Assembly: GCA_964603505.1 (NCBI GenBank) | Contig: CAZRVT010000007.1 | Coordinates: forward strand, 2,320 to 66,319 | Source: an uncultured Holophagales bacterium | Lineage (GTDB): Bacteria > Acidobacteriota > Thermoanaerobaculia > UBA2201 | Direction of reading: 5' to 3' | Length of the DNA stretch: 64,000 bases | In this document: piece by piece, positions 35,682 through 46,085 of the stretch | Numbering within the stretch: the first letter of the stretch is position 1 | Layout: each line of letters starts with the position of its first letter | Program-made: the position numbers and the translations under genes | Notes under the pieces: generated by a model | Told to the model about the DNA's origin: nothing | What the model saw: only the letters and a program-made list of their open reading frames with translations | The model's database searches: none

Positions 35682-36850
35682 GCGAGCGCGAGCGGACGAT
35701 CAAATGGGGCGCGTCGGTGGCGCTGGCGACCCGTTTCGATGGGGTGGTGGAACGCCGCCGGGGCCGGGCGATCGGATATGCCGTCCGCCGCCTCGACGGC
35801 CCCCGAGTGCGGTTCGCCGCCGGAACGGGCCCCGTGGACCTCGCGGGTTTTCCGCCGGAGGGCGACGGACCCGCGGTGCCGCCCCTGCCTGGAACCTGGG
35901 GCTCCTTCGCCCCCCCCGAGGGGTGCGCCCTCCCCTCGCCGGCTCTCCTGGAGGAGACCGCCCGCGGGCTGGCCAACGCCCTGCGGGACCGGAGCCGCGG
36001 CCGGGTGAAGCTGGCGGCGGCCCTCCTCGAGGCGGGCGCGGCCTGGCACCGGCTGGAGAACAGCGCCGGGGCGCGGGTGGAGTGGGGCGCCTCCCTCTTC
36101 TCGGCGGGGCTCCACTTGGAGACCCCGGGCGGGCCCTTGGATCTCCCCCTGGCTCGCCGCGGCCTGCACGGGTTCCGCCCGGAGGAGTGCCTGGAGGCGC
36201 TGGAGCCGTACTTCCACCTCCCGCTCCCCGAGGAGCCGGCGCCCGCCGGCCGGTTTCCCGCGGCATGGTTCCCCTTCGTCGGAGCGTTCGTGGCGGCGCG
36301 CCTGGGGCGCCGCCTCCTGGAAGGGGCCGCCCCGCCGCGTCTGCCGCCCGGGTTCGCCCTCGCGGACGACCCGATCCACCCGCAGGGACTGGCTTGGGCG
36401 CCGGTGGACGGGGAGGGGCGCCGCACCCGGTTGTGGAGGGCGGGGGAGACCCCTCCGGCCGACACCGTGACGGCCCGGCGCCTGGGGACCCCGGCCACCG
36501 GACACGCCGTGCGCGTGTCCATTTTCCACCCGCCGTGCACGGGGTTCCACAACCTCCACTTCACGGGCCCCGACACCCGACCCGCCGGGGCCGACGACGG
36601 CCTGTGCCTGACCCTCCCCCTCCGAATGGACTGGCACGGGGGGGGGAAGTTCACCCTCTTCGCCCAGGCGTTCCGCTTTCGCGGCGGGGTGCCGGAGACC
36701 TTCCTCCCCTGCGTGCGCGTCCGCTCCTCCGTGGGCGACTGCCTCGCCTCGCTCGCCGGGTGCCGCCCCCCGGTCCATTTCTTCCCCCTCGAAGGGTCCG
36801 CAGGGGCTCCGCTGCTGTTCTTCAAAGGGCTCAATTTCGTCCCTTGGTAG
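35678..36850 (+). CDS. PmbA/TldE-like non-catalytic partner (divergent)
   Basis: GTGA overlap with tldD; LADDPIHPQGLAWAPVDGEG motif; no HExxH. Confidence 0.65.
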   Translation: MSERERTIKWGASVALATRFDGVVERRRGRAIGYAVRRLDGPRVRFAAGTGPVDLAGFPPEGDGPAVPPLPGTWGSFAPPEGCALPSPALLEETARGLANALRDRSRGRVKLAAALLEAGAAWHRLENSAGARVEWGASLFSAGLHLETPGGPLDLPLARRGLHGFRPEECLEALEPYFHLPLPEEPAPAGRFPAAWFPFVGAFVAARLGRRLLEGAAPPRLPPGFALADDPIHPQGLAWAPVDGEGRRTRLWRAGETPPADTVTARRLGTPATGHAVRVSIFHPPCTGFHNLHFTGPDTRPAGADDGLCLTLPLRMDWHGGGKFTLFAQAFRFRGGVPETFLPCVRVRSSVGDCLASLAGCRPPVHFFPLEGSAGAPLLFFKGLNFVPW

Positions 36851-36890
36851 GGGTGCATCCCTCCCCCGTTTCGGGTAGAATGGGATTTCG

Positions 36891-38351
36891 ATGAATCCCT
36901 GTTCCCCTCTCGGATTGGAGATGGCCGCCCGCCCGGTTCTGGCGGTTCTTCTCGTTCTGCTGGCGGCGGCATGCGGCCGCGCCCCCGCCACGGTGCACAT
37001 CGCCCTGAGCACCCCCGTGCTCGACCTGGAGCCGTGCTCCGAGGACCACGAAACCAACCTGGTGCTGGGGAACGTCTACGAGCCGCTCGTGGAGTACGAC
37101 CGGGACTTCGGCCTGCGCCCGTGCCTGGCCGAATCGTGGGAGACCCCGGGCCCCAACGCCTGGGTGTTCCGCCTCCGCTCCGGCGTGAGGTTCCACGACG
37201 GGGCTCCCCTCACCGCCGCCGATGCGGCCGCCTCGCTGCTGCGCGCCCGCGACCACTCCGAGAGCCTCCTGGCCTCGCACTTCGCCCCGGTCGCGTCCGT
37301 GACGGCCCCCGACGCGCGGACGGTCGCCATCGCCACCCGCTCGCCCATCGCGGACCTCCCCCACTTCCTCACCGCGGCCGGCATCGTTCCCGCGGGGCGC
37401 GAGCCGGACGGCGTCGGCACGGGCCCCTACCGGCTGGTCTCCCGCACGGAGGAGGCCGTCGCGCTGTCCGCCTTCGACGGCTACTGGGGCGGGCGCCCCG
37501 CGATGAGGGAACTGCGCTTTTTCCTCGTCCGCCCCGACGATCCCATCGAAACCCTCGTCCGAAACCGGCCTCTCTTGATCCTCCGCGACGCCGCGCGCTT
37601 CGCCGAACTCGCCCGCCGCGGCTTCCGCGTGGAGAAACGCCCCGGGATGTCGGTGGCCTACCTGGGGTTCAACCTGGAGGCACCCCCCTTCGACGACGCG
37701 CGGGTTCGCCGCGCCGTCGCCCGGGCGGTGCGGGCGGAGCGCATCGTCGAGGAGCGCCTTCTGGGCAACGGCCGCGTGGCCTGCCAGGTCACCCCCGTCG
37801 GGGCCTTCGGCCATCACCCGTCGCTCGCCTGCGCCCCCGACCCCGCCGCGGCCCGGGCCGAACTGGCCGCCACGGGCCTCCCCCTGCCGGTGGCGGTGAC
37901 CCTGCTGACCGCCCCCAAAGGGGAGCGGACGGTCCGCCTCGTGGCCGCGGACCTGGAGGCCGCCGGCTTCGCCGTGACGGTGGAGGCGCGCCCCTGGCCC
38001 GAGGTGGTCGAGCGGATGCTCCGGCGCGAAGCGCCCTTCTACTTCTCCGGCTACATGAGCTCCTTCGGGAACGCCCTCCCCACGCTCGAGACCCTGTTCG
38101 CCTCCTGGGGCTCCTCCAACACCTTCCAGTACCGCAGCCCCGCGATGGACGACCTCCTGCGCCGCGCGGCCGCCGCGGCGGACGACACCGTCCGCCTGCC
38201 CCTGCTCCACCGGGCGGCCGAGACCGCCGCGGAGGACCTGCCCCTGGTCCCCCTCTACAACGCCTTCGAGACCTACGCCTTCACCCCCCGCCTGCGCTGG
38301 GAGCCCCGCGCCGACGGGCGCATCCTGGGCAAGGAACTGCGGCTACAATAA
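36891..38351 (+). CDS. ABC transporter substrate-binding lipoprotein, family 5 (OppA/DppA-like); start 36891 or 36921
   Basis: LLAAAC lipobox, NVYEPLV, LAESWE, FRLRSGVRFHDG, GTGPY, FDDARVRRAV; no adjacent permease genes. Confidence 0.88.
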   Translation: MNPCSPLGLEMAARPVLAVLLVLLAAACGRAPATVHIALSTPVLDLEPCSEDHETNLVLGNVYEPLVEYDRDFGLRPCLAESWETPGPNAWVFRLRSGVRFHDGAPLTAADAAASLLRARDHSESLLASHFAPVASVTAPDARTVAIATRSPIADLPHFLTAAGIVPAGREPDGVGTGPYRLVSRTEEAVALSAFDGYWGGRPAMRELRFFLVRPDDPIETLVRNRPLLILRDAARFAELARRGFRVEKRPGMSVAYLGFNLEAPPFDDARVRRAVARAVRAERIVEERLLGNGRVACQVTPVGAFGHHPSLACAPDPAAARAELAATGLPLPVAVTLLTAPKGERTVRLVAADLEAAGFAVTVEARPWPEVVERMLRREAPFYFSGYMSSFGNALPTLETLFASWGSSNTFQYRSPAMDDLLRRAAAAADDTVRLPLLHRAAETAAEDLPLVPLYNAFETYAFTPRLRWEPRADGRILGKELRLQ

Positions 38352-38595
38352 TGGCGGACCCGGCCAAGCCGGAAACGGGGGGGGAGAGCGGTCATCGTGA
38401 CCGGTGCCGGGATGGGGTGGATGGGGACGGGTCTGTCCCTGACCCCCGCCATGATGATTCTTCCACGGGCGCAGCCGAAAGGCGCCAAGCGGCAACTTGC
38501 CCTTCGATGCCACCATCCGCCTTGTCTTTCCGTGTAGAGTATAATTTCGGGATGCCTCGTCATGGTGCCACTGCGGCGCACAGCGCGAGGGCGGT

Positions 38596-39231
38596 ATGAT
38601 CATCGCCCTCGTGAACCAGAAGGGGGGGCCGGGCAAGACCGCCTTGGCCTACAACCTCGCCGGCATACTCTCGGAGCTGGAGCCGGTCGCGGTCCTCGAC
38701 ACCGACCCCCAGGGCTCCCTGATGGCCGCCTGGTCCCTGCGCGCCCGCGACCTCCCGGTCACGGTGAAGGCCGACCCGGCCTTCCCTCTCGACCACCCGC
38801 TCCTCTCGGCCCCGCTGTGCCTGGTGGACACCCCGCCGGGCCACGAGAAGCACGCGCGCAAGGCCCTGGCCCTGGCCAACCTCGTCCTGGTGCCCCTCAC
38901 GCCGTCTCCACTCGACCTGATGGCCTCGCTCCCCCTGCGGGCCATGGCGGCCGAGGCGCGGCGCGTGAATCCCGGGCTCAAGATGCTGGCGGTCCTCAAC
39001 CAGGTGAAGGCCAACGCCACCCTGCGGGAGACCATCGCGTCGATGGCTCGGGAGCAGGGGTTGGCGGTGGCCCAGAGCTGGGTCCCCCACACGGTGGCCG
39101 TCTCGGAGGCCTTCCTGGAGGGCCTGCCGCTCAACTACGCCCGCCCGCGCCACCCGGCCGTGGAGTTCTTCCGGGAGCTGGCGCGCGAGGCGATGGAGGT
39201 GATGGCCTATGGCCCGGACCAGAGCGGATAG
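38596..39231 (+). CDS. parA: Short ParA-family ATPase (type Ib-like)
   Basis: NQKGGPGKT deviant Walker A, DTDPQGS, DTPP, LVLVPLTPSPLDL; 211 aa; no N-terminal HTH. Confidence 0.85.
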   Translation: MIIALVNQKGGPGKTALAYNLAGILSELEPVAVLDTDPQGSLMAAWSLRARDLPVTVKADPAFPLDHPLLSAPLCLVDTPPGHEKHARKALALANLVLVPLTPSPLDLMASLPLRAMAAEARRVNPGLKMLAVLNQVKANATLRETIASMAREQGLAVAQSWVPHTVAVSEAFLEGLPLNYARPRHPAVEFFRELAREAMEVMAYGPDQSG

Positions 39232-39541
39232 GCGCAAGGCCCTGGAGGCCTTCGTCGAACACGGCGCCGGCTTCTATCCCGCCGGCCCCCCGGCCGGGGA
39301 CGCTGCGGCCCCCGAGCCGCCGGACGGCCGCCCCTCGCCGGGGGCGGAATGGCTGGGGGGCGCGGCGTGGTTCCGTCCCGGCGAGGACGGCACGGAGCGG
39401 CTGACGGTGCCCCTTCCCCGGAAGATCGCTGCGGGGGCGAAGGCGGCGGCGGCGCGCCGGGGAATGACCCTGGCGGAGTTCACCGCCCGGGCCCTCAAGC
39501 GCGAGATCAAGCGGACGCACAAGAAGTTGGACGACGCGTGA
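39209..39541 (+). CDS. Small ribbon-helix-helix protein, probable ParA partner
   Basis: Overlaps the parA 3' end; flexible N-terminus, then RLTVPLPRKIAAGAKAAAARRGMTLAEFTARAL (beta-helix-helix pattern). Confidence 0.65.
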   Translation: MARTRADRRKALEAFVEHGAGFYPAGPPAGDAAAPEPPDGRPSPGAEWLGGAAWFRPGEDGTERLTVPLPRKIAAGAKAAAARRGMTLAEFTARALKREIKRTHKKLDDA

Positions 39542-40161
39542 GGCGCGGGTTCCGGACCGCCGGGCTGGCGCTCCTGCTGGCCGGGTGCGGGGGCCCCTCC
39601 GTGGAGGTCGTCCGCAACCTCGACGGCCCGCCCGTGGAGCGCATCGCCGCCTTCGGCGACTCCCTCACCGAGGGGACGGGGGTGGAGCGGGAACGGGCCT
39701 GGCCGGCCCTGCTGGAGACGCTCGTCGGCCTTCCGGTGGAGAACCTCGGCCGCGCCGGCGACACCACGGCCTCGGGGCTGGCCCGCCTGGGCGAGGTGCT
39801 GGATTCGGAGGCCCGCCTCGTCCTCGTGGGGTTGGGGGGCAACGACTTCCTCGGGCAGGTTCCCCGGGAGGAGACGGAGCGAAACCTGGACGCCATCGTG
39901 GAGCGCCTGCAGGCCAACGGGCGGGTGGTGGTGCTCCTCGGGATGAACCTCGGGCTCTTCACCGACGAGTATTCGCCGATCTACAGGCGGGTGGCGGAGG
40001 CGAAGGGGGCCTGGTTGGTCCCCAAGGTCCTGGACGGCGTCCTGGACGATCCGTCGAAGCGCCAGGAGGACCGCATCCACCCCAACGCCGCGGGGCACCG
40101 GATGATGGCGGAGCGGATCGCGGAGGGGCTGGGCCCCCTGCTGGAGCGCCTGAACCCCTGA
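39538..40161 (+). CDS. GDSL/SGNH arylesterase (TesA-like) lipoprotein
   Basis: GTG start overlapping the previous stop; LLLAGC lipobox; FGDSLTEG, GDTT, GGNDFL, DRIHPN. Confidence 0.88.
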   Translation: MRRGFRTAGLALLLAGCGGPSVEVVRNLDGPPVERIAAFGDSLTEGTGVERERAWPALLETLVGLPVENLGRAGDTTASGLARLGEVLDSEARLVLVGLGGNDFLGQVPREETERNLDAIVERLQANGRVVVLLGMNLGLFTDEYSPIYRRVAEAKGAWLVPKVLDGVLDDPSKRQEDRIHPNAAGHRMMAERIAEGLGPLLERLNP

Positions 40162-40242
40162 CCCCGGCCGATCACGGGCGGCGAACGGACCGCAATCCCG
40201 GCATGACAAGGATCTCCCCACGGGTGTAGAATCGGACCGTCC

Positions 40243-41241
40243 ATGATGACCTTCGTCTTCCTCATCATCGCCCTGGCCCTGTTGTTCGATTTCTTCAACG
40301 GGATGAATGACGCCGCCAATTCCATCGCCACCGTGGTGGCCACCCGCGTCCTGTCGCCGACCCTGGCGGTGGCCTGGGCCGCGTTCTTCAATTTCGCCGC
40401 CGCCTTCTTCTTCGGCGTCCATGTCGCCAGCACCATCGGGAAGGGGATCGTGCGCCCCGATGTGGTGGATGCTCCCCTGATCTTCGCGGCGGTGATGGCC
40501 GGGGTCGTTTTCACGGCCCTCGCCACCCACTGGGGCCTTCCCGTTTCCGTCTCCCACGCCCTCATCGGAGGGCTGGCGGGCTCGGCCGTCGCCAAGCTCG
40601 GGGGGCTGGACGGCCTCGTGTGGAAGGGGATCGCCAGGACCGGCGCGTTCATCTTTCTGGCCCCGCTCCTCGGGTTCACCGCCGCCGCCCTCTTCATCGT
40701 CGCCACGACCTGGATCGTCCGCCGCCGGGCGCCGTCCCGGGTGGACCGCTGGTTCAGGATCCTTCAGCTGGGCTCCGCCGCGGCGTACAGCCTCGGGCAC
40801 GGAACCAACGACGCTCAGAAGACCATGGGGATCATCGCCATCCTGCTCTTTTCCCAGGGAATGCTGGGGTCCGAGTTCCACGTGCCGATGTGGCTGGTTT
40901 TGCTCTGCCACCTGGTCATCGCGCTGGGGACTTTCATCGGCGGCTGGAAGGTCATCCGGACCCTGGGCGTCCGCATCGCCAAATTGCGCCCCATCGACGG
41001 GTTCTGCGCGGAGACGGCCTCGGCGCTCACCCTGTTCGGGACGGCCGCCGCGGGGATCCCCGCCTCCACCACCCACACCATCACCGGGGCCATCGTGGGC
41101 GTGGGTTCGGTCAAGCGCCTGTCGGCCGTCCGCTGGGGGGTTGCGGGCAATATCATCGCCGCCTGGGTCCTCACCATCCCTTTCACCACCGCCATCGGCT
41201 GGCTCGTCTATCGGCTCGTCGCCCTGCTGAGCCCGGCTTGA
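40243..41241 (+). CDS. pit: Inorganic phosphate transporter, PiT family
   Basis: FNGMNDAANSIATVV, GLPVSVSHALIGG, GHGTNDAQKTMG, GIPASTTH. Confidence 0.93.
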   Translation: MMTFVFLIIALALLFDFFNGMNDAANSIATVVATRVLSPTLAVAWAAFFNFAAAFFFGVHVASTIGKGIVRPDVVDAPLIFAAVMAGVVFTALATHWGLPVSVSHALIGGLAGSAVAKLGGLDGLVWKGIARTGAFIFLAPLLGFTAAALFIVATTWIVRRRAPSRVDRWFRILQLGSAAAYSLGHGTNDAQKTMGIIAILLFSQGMLGSEFHVPMWLVLLCHLVIALGTFIGGWKVIRTLGVRIAKLRPIDGFCAETASALTLFGTAAAGIPASTTHTITGAIVGVGSVKRLSAVRWGVAGNIIAAWVLTIPFTTAIGWLVYRLVALLSPA

Positions 41242-41257
41242 TCGCCGGGCCTTCCGC

Positions 41258-41926
41258 TCAGTCCGTCCGGTCCTCCGGGTGCAGGTGGCGCACCCATTTC
41301 CCCTCGACAAGGTAGATGACCATCTCGCCGATGTTGGTGGCGTGGTCGGCCAGCCGCTCCAGATATTTGGCCACGTAGGTGATGCGGGTGGCGCGGGGGA
41401 TGATGGTGGGATCCTGGACCATGAAGATCATCAGCTCGTTGAAGATCTGCACCGTCAAGGCGTCCACCTCGTCGTCCCGGCCGATGACCTCCCGGGCGAG
41501 GGCGGCGTCGCCGCGGACGAAGGCGTCGAGGGCGTCCCGCACCATCCGCCGGGCCGCCCCGGCCATGCGGGGAACGTCGATGTAGGGCTTGATGGGCGGC
41601 TCGGCCGCCAGTTCCACCGCCCGCTCGGCGATGTCCACCGCCAGGTCCCCCATCCGTTCCAGATCGGTGTTGATCTTCATCGCGGTGGTGATCAGCCGCA
41701 GGTCCCCCGCCTTGGGCTGGCGGCGGGCCAGGAGGCGGATGCACTCCTCGTCGATCTCGTTCTCGAGGGCGTTGACGGCGGCATCCTCCTCGATGACCCG
41801 GCGGGCCAGGGCCTCGTCCCGATCGGTGAGGGAGCGCACCGCCTCGCGCACGGCGGACTCCACCAGCCCCGCCTGCCGCAGGAGCATCTCCTTCAGGTGC
41901 GTCAGTTCAGCGTCGAATACCGTCAT
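41258..41926 (-). CDS. phoU: Phosphate signalling complex protein PhoU
   Basis: QPKAGDLRLI, DLERMGDLAVDIA, DDEVDAL, YLERLADHATNIGE; GGAGG RBS places the start near 41926. Confidence 0.95.
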   Translation of the reverse strand: MTVFDAELTHLKEMLLRQAGLVESAVREAVRSLTDRDEALARRVIEEDAAVNALENEIDEECIRLLARRQPKAGDLRLITTAMKINTDLERMGDLAVDIAERAVELAAEPPIKPYIDVPRMAGAARRMVRDALDAFVRGDAALAREVIGRDDEVDALTVQIFNELMIFMVQDPTIIPRATRITYVAKYLERLADHATNIGEMVIYLVEGKWVRHLHPEDRTD

Positions 41927-41996
41927 CATTGCCTCCGGCGGATGGCCGTTCCAGATTTCGCCGCCCCATGCCCGTCCCTCCTCTCCCATCCCTCTT

Positions 41997-42905
41997 CTAA
42001 CCGAATCTCCCCGTAATATACTCCTCCGTCAATTTCTGCGCCGGATTGGTGAAGATCCGGTCGGTGGCGTCGTACTCGATCAGCTTGCCCAGGTAGAAGA
42101 AGGCCGTGGTGTCGCTGACGCGGGCTGCCTGCTGCATGTTGTGGGTGACGATGACGACGGTGTAGTCGCTCTTGAGCTCCATGATCAGCTCCTCGATCTT
42201 CCCCGTGGCGATGGGGTCGAGGGCGGAGCACGGCTCGTCGAAGAGGATCACGTCGGGGCGGATGGCGATGGCGCGGGCGATGCAGAGCCGCTGCTGCTGG
42301 CCGCCCGACAGCGACAGGGCCGAGGCGAAGAGGCGGTCCTGGACCTCCTCCCACAGCCCCGCCTTCCTCAAACTGCTTTCCACCACCGCGTCCAGGACCT
42401 CCCGCTTCGACGTGCCGTTGATGCGGAGGCCGTAGGCGATGTTCTCGTAAATGGACTTGGGGAAGGGGTTGGGTTTCTGGAACACCATCCCGATGCGGCG
42501 CCGCACCTCGATGACGTCGGTGCCCTTCCCGTAGAGGTCGGTCCCCTCGTGGAGGATGCTGCCGGTCACCCGGAAGGAGGGGATGAGGTCGTTCATCCGG
42601 TTGAGGCAGCGGATGAAGGTGCTCTTGCCGCACCCCGAGGGGCCGATCATGGCCGTCACCGACTTCGGGGCGATGTCCAGGGTCACCCCGAAGAGGGCCT
42701 GTTTCTCGCCGTAGAAAACGTCGACGCCCCGGACGACGAACGCGGGCCCGGCGGGGCCCGGTTCGGGGGTTCCGGCGGAGACGGAGAGGGGGGCCTCCCC
42801 TTCCGACCGGCTTGAGGGAGCCTGGGTTTCCGGGCCGCCCGGGCCCGCCACGGCGGACGGGGGTAGGGGCGTGGGGACCGTCGGACCCGTCATCAATTGC
42901 ATCAT
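41997..42905 (-). CDS. pstB: Phosphate ABC transporter ATP-binding protein
   Basis: [63 protein letters not shown]. Confidence 0.96.
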   Translation of the reverse strand: MMQLMTGPTVPTPLPPSAVAGPGGPETQAPSSRSEGEAPLSVSAGTPEPGPAGPAFVVRGVDVFYGEKQALFGVTLDIAPKSVTAMIGPSGCGKSTFIRCLNRMNDLIPSFRVTGSILHEGTDLYGKGTDVIEVRRRIGMVFQKPNPFPKSIYENIAYGLRINGTSKREVLDAVVESSLRKAGLWEEVQDRLFASALSLSGGQQQRLCIARAIAIRPDVILFDEPCSALDPIATGKIEELIMELKSDYTVVIVTHNMQQAARVSDTTAFFYLGKLIEYDATDRIFTNPAQKLTEEYITGRFG

Positions 42906-42909
42906 GGCT

Positions 42910-43797
42910 TCACCACCTTATTTTCTTGCGGAAATGGTTGCGGACGAGGATGGCGACCCCGTTCATCACGAAGACGATGCCCAGGAGGACGATGATCCCC
43001 GCCGCCGCGTTGTAGGAGAAGGCCCGCTGGGGCCTCGACACCCAGTTGAACACCTGGATGGGGAGGGCCGTGAACGGGTCGAACAGCCCCTTGGCGGAGA
43101 GGAAGGGGAATTCCGCCGTCACCGGGTGCGCGGGGAGGAACGCGATGTAGGTCAGCGCCCCGATGGTGATGAGGGGGGCCGACTCCCCGATAGCCCGCGA
43201 CATGGCCAGGATGGTCCCGGTGAGGATCCCGGGCAGGGCCGCCGGCACGACCTGGTGGCGGACGGTCTGCCACTTGGTGGCCCCCACGGCCAAGGAGGCC
43301 TCGCGGATGGAAGGGGGGATGGCCCGCAGGGACTCGCGCGTGGCCATGACGATGACCGGGAGGACCAGGAGGGCCAGCGTCAGGCCGCCCGCCAGCACGC
43401 TCCGGCCCATGTGGAGGGTGCGGACGAAGATCCCCAGCCCCAGGAGACCGTAAATGATGGAGGGGACGGCGGCCAGGTTGGCGATGTTCATCTCGATCCA
43501 CCCGGCCAGACGGTTCTTTTTCCCGTATTCCTCCAGGTAGGTCCCCGCGGCGACGCCGAGGGGGAAGGCCACGAGGGCCGTGACCGCCATCAGCCACACC
43601 GTCCCCACCCAGGCGGAGAGGATGCCGGCCTCCTCGGGCTTCCGGGAGGGGAAGGTGGTCAGGAAGGTCCAGGAGAGGCGGGCGAAGCCGTCCTGGAAGA
43701 CGGTGTACAGCAGCCAGCCCAGGACGAACAGCCCCGCGATCGTGGCGACGAAGCCCACGACCTGGAACGAGCGGTCGAAGAACTTACTCGCGCGCAC
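42910..43797 (-). CDS. pstA: Phosphate ABC transporter permease
   Basis: GTG start after GGAGGAGG; [38 protein letters not shown]. Confidence 0.94.
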   Translation of the reverse strand: MRASKFFDRSFQVVGFVATIAGLFVLGWLLYTVFQDGFARLSWTFLTTFPSRKPEEAGILSAWVGTVWLMAVTALVAFPLGVAAGTYLEEYGKKNRLAGWIEMNIANLAAVPSIIYGLLGLGIFVRTLHMGRSVLAGGLTLALLVLPVIVMATRESLRAIPPSIREASLAVGATKWQTVRHQVVPAALPGILTGTILAMSRAIGESAPLITIGALTYIAFLPAHPVTAEFPFLSAKGLFDPFTALPIQVFNWVSRPQRAFSYNAAAGIIVLLGIVFVMNGVAILVRNHFRKKIRW

Positions 43798-43820
43798 GGT
43801 TCCCTCCCTCCTCCGCTCCC

Positions 43821-43932
43821 CGTTCCTGGTTCCGGGTTCCGGGTTCCGGGTTGAAGAAATCCAGCCTGCCCGTCGCCAACGTATTCGAGGGGCGCGGGAA
43901 CCAGGAACAAGGAACTCGGAACTCGGAAACGG
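43821..43932. repeat. Inverted heptamer-repeat array in the pstC-pstA spacer
   Basis: GTTCCTG-GTTCCGG-GTTCCGG-GTTCCGG, about 45 nt of unique sequence, then GGGAACC-AGGAACA-AGGAACT-CGGAACT-CGGAAAC. Confidence 0.85.
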
Positions 43933-43934
43933 CA

Positions 43935-44828
43935 TTAATCATATTCTTCCCTGAACTTCTTCTTCAGCCAGTAGGAGAACATGTTGAAGACGAGGGTGAT
44001 AATGAACAAACTCATCCCGGCGGCGAAGATGGTGCGGTACTCGATGGTGCCGTAGGGGGTGTCGCCCAGGGAGACCTGGACGATGTAGGCGGTCACGGTC
44101 TCGACGCTGGCCAAGGGGTTGAGGGTCATCCGCGGCTGCTGGCCGGCGGCGATGGCCACGACCATCGTCTCGCCGACGGCGCGGGAGATCCCCAGGATAA
44201 AGGCCGAGCCCACGCCGGAAAGGGCGGCGGGGAGGACCACGCGGAGGGCGGTCTGCAGGCGGGTGGCCCCCACGGCCAACGAGCCCTCGCGCAGGGCCAC
44301 CGGGACGGCGGTGAGGGCGTCTTCGGAGAGGGAGGCGATGATGGGGATGATCATCACCCCCATCACCACGCCGGCGGAGAGGGCGTTGAACCCCGCCAGC
44401 TCGGGAATGAACTTCCGCAGGAAGGGGGTCACGGTCAGGAGGGCGAAATAGCCGTAGACGACCGTGGGGATGGCCGCCAGCACCTCGAGGGCGGGCTTGA
44501 TCGTGTTGCGCACCCGCGGCGGGGCGTATTCGGAGAGGTAGATGGCGCTCACCAGGCCCAGGGGGCCGGCCACCGCCATGGCGATCACGGAGGTGAGGAA
44601 GGTGCCGCAGAGCAGGGGGAGGATGCCGAAGTGCTTGTCCTCGAACAGCGGGGTCCACTGCGTCCCGGTGAGGAACTCCCACGGGGAGACCTCCCGGAAG
44701 AACTCGACCGTCTCGAACAGCAGGACGCCGACGATCCCGAAGGTGACGAGAACGGTCGCGAGGGCGCTCGCCAGGAGCGCCCCCTCGATCGTCCGTTCCC
44801 GAAACCGCTGGATGGTGCGTGCCGTCAT
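43935..44828 (-). CDS. pstC: Phosphate ABC transporter permease
   Basis: FGILPLLCGT, AIYLSEYA, LEVLAAIPTVVYGYFA, LSEDAL, ISRAVGETM. Confidence 0.95.
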   Translation of the reverse strand: MTARTIQRFRERTIEGALLASALATVLVTFGIVGVLLFETVEFFREVSPWEFLTGTQWTPLFEDKHFGILPLLCGTFLTSVIAMAVAGPLGLVSAIYLSEYAPPRVRNTIKPALEVLAAIPTVVYGYFALLTVTPFLRKFIPELAGFNALSAGVVMGVMIIPIIASLSEDALTAVPVALREGSLAVGATRLQTALRVVLPAALSGVGSAFILGISRAVGETMVVAIAAGQQPRMTLNPLASVETVTAYIVQVSLGDTPYGTIEYRTIFAAGMSLFIITLVFNMFSYWLKKKFREEYD

Positions 44829-44830
44829 AT

Positions 44831-44900
44831 GTTCAGGGTTCAGGGTTCAGAGAAAAAACCGGCATCCTTCACGCCTTTCTCTGAACGCTCAACTGTCTAC
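44831..44900. repeat. Second heptamer-repeat array in the pstS-pstC spacer
   Basis: GTTCAGG-GTTCAGG-GTTCAGA, then a degenerate inverted arm TCTGAAC-GCTCAAC-TGTCTAC. Confidence 0.7.
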
Positions 44901-44984
44901 TCCTTCGTTCATGGCGCGGAGGTTCGGAGTGGGGCCCCCCGGACCGGCGGGGCCCCTTCCCCGAACGCCGCAAACCGTTCAATC

Positions 44985-45971
<987 letters not shown>

Positions 45972-45993
45972 GCGTTCCTCCTTATAATTTAGT

Positions 45994-46048
45994 AAGTTAG
46001 TGCCGTTCCATGAAGCGAGCGTTAAGAAACGGTTAAGATTGCGTTAAG
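45994..46048 (-). promoter_or_regulatory. Pho-box-like array and -10 upstream of pstS
   Basis: Minus strand CTTAAC, CTTAAC, CTTAAC, CTTCAT (plus-strand copies start at 46043, 46032, 46021, 46010; 11-bp period), 10-nt gap, TAACTT. Confidence 0.8.
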
Positions 46049-46078
46049 ACGGGGGCGGCCCCAAAGGCCGCCCCCGTC
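46048..46078 (-). terminator. Hairpin after the porin gene, abutting the pstS boxes
   Basis: GACGGGGGCGGCC-N5-GGCCGCCCCCGTC, 13-bp stem, weak U-tract. Confidence 0.6.
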
Positions 46079-46085
46079 GGGACGG

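Noticed and set aside
38465-38505. GCC-GAAA-GGC hairpin upstream of parA as a riboswitch or parS site
   Set aside because: Short stem, no matching aptamer context, and no iterated centromere-like repeats.
43798-43935. N-terminal extension of PstA to 43935 in the ORF track
   Set aside because: It translates the heptamer array (RNPEPGTRN); a strong RBS and GTG at 43797 give a normal-length PstA.
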